A stretch of 64,000 bases of DNA, taken from NCBI GenBank assembly GCA_001244265.2, contig CDLV01000013.1, positions 682,001-746,000 on the forward strand. Reading direction: 5' to 3'. Made by a program: the position numbers and the translations under genes. The first letter of the stretch is position 1; each line of letters begins with the position of its first letter. This DNA is from Microbotryum violaceum. Its lineage: Eukaryota. A model generated the notes under the pieces. That model saw nothing but the letters and a program-made list of their open reading frames with translations, was not told where the DNA came from and ran no database searches. Of the stretch, positions 50,470-60,276 are shown in pieces.

Positions 50470-53400
50470 CTATTCCTCCTCGCCTTCGAGCGGCTCGTAG
50501 GGCGGCTTGCGAGAACGTCGGTAGTAGCGCCAACCTCCCCAGCCGGTCAGCGCGACGAGCGCCGTCCCCAGTACAGCGACGAGGATGATCCATCCAAAGC
50601 GTCGGAACCAGCTGTGAAACATCGCACAAAGACAGTCAGCACAAAGCCACCGAGGAGACACTAGCCAAGTACGGCAAACAAAAGGGAAAAGGCTCACCCA
50701 GGATTGTAGGGCAAAAGCACCGAGTCAATCATCAACACTCCACCCCCTGCAAGTCTTCGACCTTGACCGTCCACGTCGACGAACGACGGGGTCGCTCGAC
50801 CATAGCTGACGATCTTGGCCGAGTCATTCTCGCCTCCCGTACCACGCGCTCCATTAATACCGACAAGCCAGTCATCATCACCCCATCGGCGGAATGCGAT
50901 CGAGCCGTATCGACTCTCGCCGCCTTCACTTCGGTCGAGTAAAGTCGGGAACAACGCATCGTCGGCCAGTGCGAGGGGCCGTCCATCGGGTTTCAGAGGC
51001 ATGAAGGGGTCGACGGGTATTACATGGAGGCGAACGAGTGCTTCGAGCAAGGGTGGATTCGCATGATAATGGCTTGTGTTGAGACGGGAGAAAGCTTTGT
51101 CGGTCGGACAGAGGATGATGTACGCCGAGTACTCGGGCTTGACCTTCGGCTTTTTGTCCTTCTCGCCATTCTTTCCACCATTCAACAGCGATTCGGTCGG
51201 AGGAGGCGACCTTCCCTCGAGCATCCAGGTCATATTGGCGGCCCGAATCAGTTCGAGCATCGTACTCGCCTTGGCTCCTCGCATCAGCTTGACGGCGGTG
51301 ATGTTGAGCGTCGGTGGGAGCTCGACCTGGTCGATGATGTGCACAGCTCCTGTCGCGGTCAAGATGTTGCCTTCGATCACACGAGCGTCCCTCACCTCAC
51401 CGTTGGTAGCGAGACCGCCGGAGGTCGGACCATGCACCAACACCGTCCCGTTGTCGTGACGAACGAGAATTTCGGCCCCAGAGTCGAGCGTCGGATAGCG
51501 AGCGGCAGCTGTGCGGGGGAAGTCTTCGAAGTAAACGATCTCGTCGATCGCATGATAGCGAACGAGGGATCGAAGCTCGGCGCGAGCCGTCGGAAGAAGC
51601 AGGTACGACATGACGAGACCCAGCGAGGTGAAGGCCTCGTTATCAGGGACAAGATACGTCACAGCAGGTTGGTGTCCCAGCGTATGGTCGAGCGAGGCCG
51701 CATAGACCGAGGCGACAAACGTCGACAGGCGCAAGTCCGAGACAGCTTGGTTGATGATGGGCGCCGGGGGCTCCAGAGTCGAGGAGATGAGGTAAATAAC
51801 TGTGTTGCCGACCACCACCGGTTCGCGAATGACGCTGGCACCTCCAAAGCCAACGAGACCGGGCTTGCGTTCGGAGTTGGGGTCCTCCGAACTCCACCAG
51901 CCCCAGCCGATCGATGCGAGGTTTTGTGATGCGACGTTGACGTTGACGGCGAGGCGTTGTCGCGCATCCCGCAAGTTCCGTCCTCTCAGTTCCGTCCCGA
52001 CCAACATTCCGTCCTTGAGGTCTTCGGGCAACCATTTGCCGCTCACAATTGAGTACAGCAAGAACTCTTTGAGCGCATCACTGCCTGCGGGAGGGAGTGA
52101 TGCACCGCTTACAGTCACTGCAGTACTGTATACTGCGTCCTCGTCTTTCAGAAACTTCCGTTCATTCTGTAGCACCGAGTCAGGTGGAGCCAGGATGGTA
52201 TAAGCTGGTGCTCCGTCCAGTGGTGCAGCGAAGGTAGACTGCGAGGTTGACGACGAGTAGCTCGCAGCCATTACTGCAGGGTCGCCCGAAGGGATTTGAA
52301 CGTAGTGCGAGAGGTTGACGGAGCGCAGCAGGGACACGAATCGAGTCGCCTCCAGCGCAATCAGGTACTTTTCAGCCGTCAATGATAGTGACCCTGATGG
52401 CAGGAGCAAGGTAGGTACGGTGTGGATGACCCCTGTGCGTTGCGTGGATACGGGTGGCGTCAGCCTCTCTCAAGTCTTCTGGGTGAATCCCGTACGGCTG
52501 CGCTCACCATTCAAGGCGAGGATGTCGGGTGTTCCTACTCGAGTACCATTGACCGCGACATTGTTCGATTCGTCCATGGCGATCTCGAGGGTGCTGTTCC
52601 AGATTGTTCGCACTGTGCAATTGGACGTGGGGAAAGTGAGCTCCTTGATCCAGCCAATCTGGACGGAACGCCAGCCAAACACGTACTGGCAGTGGTGGTG
52701 TTGGTCGAGTTCTTGCCGAAGAGAGACGAAACGTATCCGACCTTGCCCTTGCCGACACCTTCTTGCGAGGCCCCTGCACCAAATATCTCGATGAGATCCT
52801 TCTCGGCGAATCCAGATTTAAGGTATTTGCTGGAGTGGGGAAGGACGTCTCGGTCAGGCTCAGATACATTTGATTTTCAACACAGGCGATGAACGTACAG
52901 CTCGAGATCAGACAGAGATGCCCAAGCTTCGTTGGTGGGTACAAACAGTGTCAAATGAGGGGCGGTGGCGATGTAGTTCAGAAGCGACTCGGGTAGCAGC
53001 GAGGCAAAGGTCGACAAGTCGGGGTTGATCCGGATGTGTGCGGCTAAAGTCAAGACGGGTAGAGAAAGGACATTCAACACGTCAGGTTCTAGTAGAACTT
53101 TTGAGAGAATGTTCAGACCAACCCAAATCAACGGGCCTGTGCAGAACCGCGGTCAAGGAAACCAGTGCGCCATTCGTGGCATGGAGAACCTTGTTCTCGG
53201 CAGCTGCCCCACCCTCGCCTCGCCAGTCCCCACCAATCCAGACCTCTTCCTTGCTGCCCTTCTTGATTGCTGACTTTCGCACGACTCTGACGCGTTGTCC
53301 TTGGCCCCGGAGCAACCCCTCGACCTTGTGGGGCTTGTCCGGATCGGGGTTGTCGGGAGGTGAGCCGGGCAGGCTCGGTGGGGCGGGGAACGACTTGTTG

Positions 53401-54047
53401 AAGCTCGAGAGAGAAGGGTGGTATAGCGTCTCATGCAGGATGACCCTGTCGAGTGGCAAGTCGTCAAAGGGGCCGGAGCCGTTCGACATGAGGGAGGTCC
53501 GGTTGTCTGACGGCGGAGGCGTGTCATCGTGGGGAGGCGGGAACAAGGTGTAGTTGAACATGTGGTACAGCAACGTGTCCCTCAACTCGAGTTGGAGATT
53601 ATCACGTTCTTCAGAGCGATTACTCGTCATCAGTGCAGAAGAACCATGCACGGCGTAGGACCAAATCGGGGTGTTCGTCGCACGGACAACGTCGCCGCTG
53701 GTGCTGCAGTTGAGGCTGGGCCGATGACGTTCGGCGCTGTGCTGTTCGGCGAGATGGGACGCGTACTGCTTCTCATGTTCGATCTCGGCCTTGATGGCGT
53801 CATTCGTAGGTGCCCAGAGTACGCTCCCGTTGAGCAAATTGACGGTTGGGATTAACCGAGCGCGTTGCAGCGCCGACAGCAGCATCGAGTGCTCGGGTGA
53901 GTCATTGAGGAGATCGACGAGCGAGATCGAGCGGGCCGACGGCGGAAAAAGGGGCGGCGAAGCAGAAGAAGCAGCGAGTACGAACGAAGGGACGAACAAA
54001 AAGGTCACCAGCAGAAGAGACGGAATTGACCCGAACCGGATGATCAT
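50470..54047 (-). CDS. Multi-FAS1 (fasciclin) domain type I membrane protein
   Basis: Signal peptide; repeated H1 (APTNDA, VPTNEA, VPDNEAF, CPTDKAF) and H2 (ATNG, GAVHIIDQV, VLMIDSVL) motifs; C-terminal TM helix and YEPL tail. Confidence 0.88.
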
Positions 54048-54488
54048 GGTGTCGTCCTCTGGCGCGAGGTTGGTCGAGGGATGACGGTCATGAAGAGGAG
54101 CGTCCGCGCGTCGCTCATCGCGGCTCCATCCTCGACCTGCGATGTGGAGCCGAATTGAAAGGGGTGCCGAGGAATGCCAGCAAATTGACTACTGGCGTCT
54201 GGAAAAGGGAGATATCTCCCACCGACCAGATAAATTGCTTCGGGCGAAAATTGGGCACTAGAGGATTCAGCTCAGAAGTAGCCCATAAATTCCGAAAGGC
54301 CGCGTCACCACTGCACTGTTAAAAGGTCCTTCTTGTTCTGTGCCATGTATGTGCGCGCCAAGTGGGACTCACGTAGTATCGAGGTTCGTAGATGCCCAAG
54401 TATACAAGAAGCGACGGAGCAAGGTGGAGCGGCCCCCTATCCGCGAGCGAGGCTCTCGTCCTCGCCGAGGATAAAAAGAAATACTTGG

Positions 54489-54579
54489 CGACATTGACAG
54501 GATTCGAACCTGCGCTCCCGTAGGGAAACAGATACTTGGAATTCAAATCTGTCGCGTTAACCAACTCCGCCACAATGTC
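54489..54579 (-). tRNA. tRNA-Ser(TGA) with ~8-nt intron and long variable arm
   Basis: Reverse complement: acceptor GACATTG/CAATGTC, G73, A-box TGGCGGAGTTGG, ACAGA-TT-TGA-A[ttccaagt]A-TCTGT, variable arm TCCCTACGGGA, GGTTCGAATCC, T-run terminator. Confidence 0.92.
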
Positions 54580-54643
54580 CAAAAGGCACTTCTAAGCCAT
54601 AGAATTTACTCTATAGCAAATCAACGACAAGTCACGTGACCTT

Positions 54644-54715
54644 GGTTGAGTAGCTCAGCGGTCAGAGCAACTCTGATTAATAGAGTGGACCTGAGTTCAA
54701 TTCTCAGTTCAGCCA
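54644..54715 (+). ncRNA. tRNA-like cloverleaf (pseudo-tRNA) with non-canonical anticodon loop GATTAAT
   Basis: Acceptor GGTTGAG/TTCAGCC+A, D arm GCTC-AGCGGTCA-GAGC, anticodon stem ACTCT/AGAGT, T arm CTGAG-TTCAATT-CTCAG; A and B boxes intact. Confidence 0.8.
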
Positions 54716-54722
54716 AACTTTC

Positions 54723-56352
54723 TTGAAGGTGGCGGATCTCTACCGGCGCGAGTTGTATGCGGGTGGGGGGTTTCACCTTTGGACGCCGCCGGCGGATGTG
54801 CTCGGCGACAACAGCGAGTACGATCGACGCGGGCTCCCGCAGCGACTGGCAATCGCGGCCTGGTACCGGTTCACTGTCGATCGACACAAGAACACGCCCT
54901 GGGCGGTGGCGTTGGCGGCAGGACGGCTCAACGTGCCTCCCCGGATCGGCACCAGCGCACCGCTCGAGGCGATTCTCCCCAAGCCCGTGGCCCGCTTCGC
55001 AATGGAGTAGCACCTTCCGGACCCGGTGCTTCCACAGCAGGCGAGCCAGTACAAGCTGCTGAACATGGCTCGACCGTACACCATCCGTCGCATCCGCCGG
55101 GTCCTGAACGCGAAGGCCTTTACCAACACGCTCGGGCTTAAGGGACCACCGCAGCCGGACGACCTCAGGAGCTTTTGGAAGGCGGCCAACTCGAAGGCAC
55201 TGACGGCGAGGGAGAGGGAAGTTTGGTTCAAGCTGATTCTCCGCTTCACCCCGACGCGCAAGCTGCAACATCAACAAAATCACGACACTTCTCCCGCGTG
55301 CCTCGTCTGCGAAGCGCCGGTGGACGACACCGACCACTACTTTTTCGGCTGCGTTGACTCGCGGAATGTCTGGATCGCGGCAAGGGGCGTGCTCTGCCAC
55401 GCACTCGGGTGCGACACGATTGAGGACGCCCAGTACACGACACTGCAACGGCTCTTTGGCCTCCCCAAGCTCAAGGCCAAGCTCAGCGAACAGGAAGGGG
55501 CGGGCTGGACGATCGAGATGTTCACGGGGATGGTTTTGGAGATGATCAGCAGTGGGAGATGGAGGATGCAGAAGCACGGGACGAGGATGGAAAGCGTGGA
55601 GAGGAGGAGGGTGGTACTGGAGGAGAGGATGAAGTTGAGGGCGGGAGGAGCAAGGGGCGGGCGAGGGCAGTAGAGGCTGGGTTCGATTTCCCCCCCACCC
55701 CACCCGACACACACACACCATCACGCTTCATCTTCCAACAAAACACTGTATACTAAATATCTTGCTTTCACTTTTCATCTATTACAGGTCTGCTTTCGTT
55801 GCTCATGGACCGGCTCGCGATTTGGGATTGACTCGACGGTGGCTCGCGCTCTTTGGCTTCGGGGTTCTGAGTCAAGGGAGGGATCAGCAGACACAGGCAG
55901 AAAGTCGGCTTTGAGGGGCCAGGGACTGCTGAGGTGGAGGTTTTGAGGGGCCTCCACCGCGTCTTGTTGTGACCGAGCATAGACTTAGGACTTCGCGGGT
56001 CAGGGTAGCTGCGCAGTCGCTCTCTTGTCTTTGTCTCGACCGAGTTGGGAAGTGACGGCGGGGTGGGTCTCTTGTCGTTAGTCAATTATTTTTGTACTCT
56101 TTCTCTTTCTCTCTCTGTCTTCTTCTCTCTCTCTTCTTCTCTCTCTCATTCGTCTCCTGGGGGGAGCAACCGCTTGGCTCGGGCACTTGAATCCCAAGTA
56201 TCGGATTGGTGGACACCGGCCCGTTTCTCGCATCTTGCGGGCGGTTTGTGTTATCATCGTCGACTTCCATCTAGTTTTTTCCGTAGGCCAAATAGGGGGA
56301 ACATGAATTGGGGGCAATATGATGAACAGTTTCTACAAAAAACAAAAAAAAA
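54723..56352 (+). mobile_element. 5'-truncated non-LTR (L1/Tx1-like) retrotransposon, family A copy 1: ORF2 C-terminus with zf-RVT, ~660-nt 3' UTR, poly(A)
   Basis: FWK..NS...REREVWFKL...PT...CLVC..DDTDHYFFGC (CCHC zf-RVT); in-frame TAG at 55008-55010; ends TTCTAC-A6CA9. Confidence 0.85.
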
Positions 56353-57691
56353 TCCGATCGACCCGCCGCAGCGCCTTCCGAGACCGGCTCTCCCAGACCA
56401 ATCAATACAATACAACTTGCTCAGCATGGATCGGCCATACACCATCCGTCGCGTCCGCCGAGTCTTGAATGCAAAGGCCTTCACCGACACGATCGGTTTC
56501 AGGGACTCGCTACAGCCCGACGATATCAAGGGATTCTGGAAGGGGGTCAACTCGAAGGCATTGACGGCGAGGGAACGCGAGGTGTGGTTCAAGCTCATCA
56601 GAAACTTCACCCCGACTCGGAGTCTGCAGTTTCATCAAAAGCACGACGACTCGCCCGCGTGCCTCGTCTGTGGAGCGCCCAAGGACGATCGGGAGCACTA
56701 CTTCTTCGACTGCGTTGACTCTGGGAACGTTTGGATCGCCGCAAGGAGCGTGCTCTGCGACGCACTGGGGCTCGACACGATCGACAACACGCATTACACG
56801 GCTGTTCAACGCATGTTCGGACTTCCGAAGCTCAAGGCCAGTCTGCGCGATCAAGAAGGAGCGGGGAGGACGATCGAAATATTCACCGGGCTGGTCTTGG
56901 AGATGATCAACAGCGGGAGGTGGGGGATGCAGAAGTGGGGGACGAGGACGGCGGGTGTTGGGAGGAGGAGGATCATCTTGGAGGAGAGGTTGAAACTGAG
57001 GGCGGGAGGAGCTTGGGGAGGAGAGGGCAGTAGAGGCTGGGTTCGACTTTCCCCCCACCACCACCACACACACACACACCAAATTCTCGTGACATCATTT
57101 TCTCTTACTGTACACTAAACAGATCGCTTTAATCTTTCATTTGTTACAGGTTCACCGTTGCGGATCATGGACCATCTCGCGATTTGGCGTCGACTCGGTG
57201 TGGCTCGCGCTCTTCGGCTTCGGGGTTCTGAGTCATGGGAGGGATCAGCGGACACAGGCAGAAAGTCGGCTTTGAGGGGCCAGGGACTGCCGATGGGGGA
57301 GGTTTTGAGGGACCTTCACCGCGTCTTGTTGTGACTGAGCAGAGACTTGGAGCGTCGAGGGTCGTGGTGGTTGCGCAGTCGTGCTCTTGTCTGCGTCTCG
57401 ACCGAGTGGGAAGTGGCTGTGGGGTGGGCCTTCTGTCGTTGGTACATTTCTTTTCTTTCTTTTTTTCTCTTCATCTCTCTTTCTCTCTCTCATTAGTCTC
57501 CTGGGGGGAGCAACCGCTTGGCTAGGGCATTTGAATCCGAATCTCGGATTGGTGGACTTGGCTCGTTTCTCGCACTTTTGCGGGCGGTTTGTGTTATCAT
57601 CGTAGTCTTCCATCTAGTATTTCCGTAGGCCAAAACAGGGGGAACAGGAACTGGGGGCAATATGATGAACGTTTTCTACCAAAAAAAAAAA
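56353..57691 (+). mobile_element. Family A copy 2, shorter 5'-truncated non-LTR fragment
   Basis: Collinear with copy 1 (CLVCGAPKDDREHYFFDC), same 3' UTR, ends TTCTACC-A11. Confidence 0.85.
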
Positions 57692-57802
57692 TCCTACCAA
57701 AAAAAACCCCGGTTCGTCGTTGCTTTATTGCCTCTTTTAGCTCTTTTTGTAGCGATTCTAAACCCGAAGGATCGTAATTTATGAGACCCCCCCCCCCCCC
57801 CC

Positions 57803-57835
<33 letters not shown>

Positions 57836-58032
57836 GGTTGTGGTCATCATCGTGCATACTGGGCAGCATCTCCTTTATTTCCGTAGGGGGTTTTCTCGTC
57901 TTGCAAATTAGCGATGAGTTTCATACAAAAAAATCTCGCATCTTGCGGGCGGTTTGTGTTCTCATCATGGACTTCCATCTAAGTTTTCCGTAGGCCAAAT
58001 AGGGGGAACATGAACTGGGGGCAATATGATGA
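57692..58032 (+). mobile_element. Cluster of very short retroelement 3' ends
   Basis: TCCTACC-A8 (57692-57706); unrelated ~80 nt plus C17-A31 (57707-57834); diverged A-like end ...TTCCGTAGG...GATGAGTTTCATAC-A7 (57835-57933); family A terminal ~100 nt without tail (57934-58032). Confidence 0.7.
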
Positions 58033-58751
58033 GCTCCAGATGCGGGCACATGTTCTGCCCACTGCTTCGCGATGTTCAGAGAGACTGGGGACCTCACCGG
58101 AGTGTGTGATATGTGGAGCAGAGGAAGAAACAGAGAAACACGCGTTTGGAGAGTGCCCATCGGGACAAGAACTTCGTGACAAAATTGGTCAGGAACTGTA
58201 TCGGGCTACGCGAAGCGAACTCGAGGCACGGCAACAAGGATAGACTGACCTGTAGATACAGGAGCTATGTACCTTTGCTGCCAAACTGGTGAGGGCACAT
58301 TTGTGGTGGTTTGCGACGCCAATGATACCAAAACCGGATATCTACTGGACTCTAGACGAGCGATCGCGGACGCGGCTGGACCGGACATGGCATCATGAGC
58401 TGATCAAAGGGGCTGGGAGAATTTGGGGCGGCCGCATGCGAAATTGGTGGACATTCCAACAGAATATCGAGTAGTATACCTCACTGGTGGAGGCGATGGT
58501 GGCAAGCTTGCCCCATCTACCCTCAGGAGCCGGGAGCCGAGGGGGAGGAGGGAAACTGGTGTAAACCCTGAGAAATGGGGGCATCAGTCCTAATCCCAGC
58601 GAGGCAATGGCCCGTATACAATATGGGTGTATGATATGTCATGTTATGGTGGTCCAGCGGATCTAGCGTTTGTTAGATTCTGTCTTTGAATAAGACTAGC
58701 TGGAATTTATGACTTTAAACATTTAAACAAGTTCTACAAAAAAAAAAAAAA
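58033..58751 (+). mobile_element. Second non-LTR family (B), degenerate zf-RVT fragment with poly(A)
   Basis: HVLPT...SPECVICGAEEETEKHAFGECP, downstream IWxxR; stops and frameshift; ends GTTCTAC-A14. Confidence 0.75.
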
Positions 58752-58760
58752 CCCTTTTTT

Positions 58761-59146
58761 GGCTGGGTTCGATTCACGCCCCCTCCTCATGCCCACCCAC
58801 ATACCAGATCAAAAAAAAACTGTATACCAAACTTTTCTTTCATCTTTTACAGGTCCACCCCTTCGCTGCTCACGGACTGTCTCGTGTTTTGGCATCAACT
58901 CGGGGTGGCGCGCGTTCTTCGGCGTCGAGGTTCTGAGTCAAGGGAGGGAGGGACAAAGGCAAGAAGTCGGGCCAGAGACTGCGTTTGAGCCCCCCCCCCC
59001 CCCCCCACCGCGTCTTGTTGCGACCAAGCAGAGACTAGGAGCGTCGTGGGTCGGGGTGGTGTCGGTGTCGCTCTCCTGTCTTTGTCTCAACCAGGTCGGG
59101 AAGTGGGTGCGGGATGGGCGTCCTGTCGTAGTAAGCCGGTCATTTC

Positions 59147-59216
<70 letters not shown>

Positions 59217-59435
59217 CGGGGGGTGAGCAACCGCTTGGCTGGGACACTGCAATCCCAAGTATTGGTTTGGTGGCCATTTCTTGAATATCGCAGGCCGCTT
59301 ATTGTATCACCGTCAATTTCATTTTTCCGTGGGCCAAACAGATATGATGAACAGTTTATACAGTACAACAAACATAATAATAATGTTCATAACGATAATA
59401 ATCATTAAACAATAATTAAACAATAAAAATAAAAA
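58761..59435 (+). mobile_element. Family A copy 3, 3' UTR only, most diverged, decayed A-rich tail
   Basis: Starts GGCTGGGTTCGA; shares GGTTCTGAGTCAAGGGAGGGA, CACCGCGTCTTGTTG, GAGCAACCGCTTGGCT, TTCCGT.GGCCAAA and ATATGATGAACAGTTT with copies 1 and 2. Confidence 0.8.
59153..59213 (+). repeat. (CT)n microsatellite, ~30 units, inside retroelement copy 3
   Basis: Direct read; corresponds to imperfect CT tracts at 56096-56147 and 57446-57491. Confidence 0.95.
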
Positions 59436-60276
59436 CAGGTCAAAAGAGCTTGTTTTATTCTACAGTAACTCAACCTGACATGTGTGAATCTACGGGGATC
59501 CCATACAGCTTACTTGGGCATGCCTCCAAGGTTTATTATATTCTGGAAACCTGACTCTCAGATAGCGACAGACACGTGCATTGCTATCAAACGGCTTTTA
59601 CCTTGACTGCCTTTGCTGTGCGGCGCTCGCATAGCACGTTCATGGCGAACCCACAGGCAGATTTTGTAAAAAGTGAGGCTACTTGAGCAAGGCAATGCTC
59701 CTTCAGTGGGGGCCTGACGTCCCGTCAAGAGGGGTCAAATGCGCTGGTCCCCGCTGCGAGATCGTGACGAGATCAGCGCAGGATCGCCGATCCAAGCTTT
59801 GCACGTGTCGTCCCCGGCCATCGCGCTTCGCGTCGTTCGAAAGTCAAGGAGGTGTTGAAGTTGATGCGATAGTCCCGGTTATGGCGTATGAAGCCGGTAT
59901 CCGATTCAGTAAAATGACTCCTCTTGAGGCAGGGCTCAGGTCCGTCTCCTCCGACTCGGAGGACCGTTCCGGTAACGTGAAACGTGACTCCGTCGTCTTC
60001 CTTTCGAATGGCCGGGGGCTGGTTTTGACTTTGATGACCGACCACCAGTCGACACCGCCGAGTAATGTCGCGCCGCGCACGCCATCGGGAACCGTTGCGT
60101 CAGCGCGCGCGAGCGAACGTTCGCTCAGCTCTACGGTGCTGCTCCCTTTCACTGCTTCTTAACTCTTTCGTACTCGCATCATCTCACACCATCACGAGCA
60201 CTCTACCCATCGGGCTCAGGGGTCCTCTTAAGGCCCAATTGTCGTGTGTACCGCTATCGCCTTCTTGCTGCGTCTT

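Noticed and set aside
54677-54679. TAA codon reassignment implied by the TTA triplet
   Set aside because: TAA terminates conserved genes here and the loop lacks U33
56279-56287. TTCCGTAGG resembling the 18S rRNA 3' end
   Set aside because: Only 9 nt match with no flanking rRNA similarity
56045-57118. 357-aa ORF as a single gene
   Set aside because: Chance read-through from the copy 1 UTR across its poly(A) into the copy 2 zf-RVT fragment
54723-59435. CRISPR-like array interpretation
   Set aside because: Eukaryotic DNA; units are long, variable and poly(A)-tailed, and there are no cas genes
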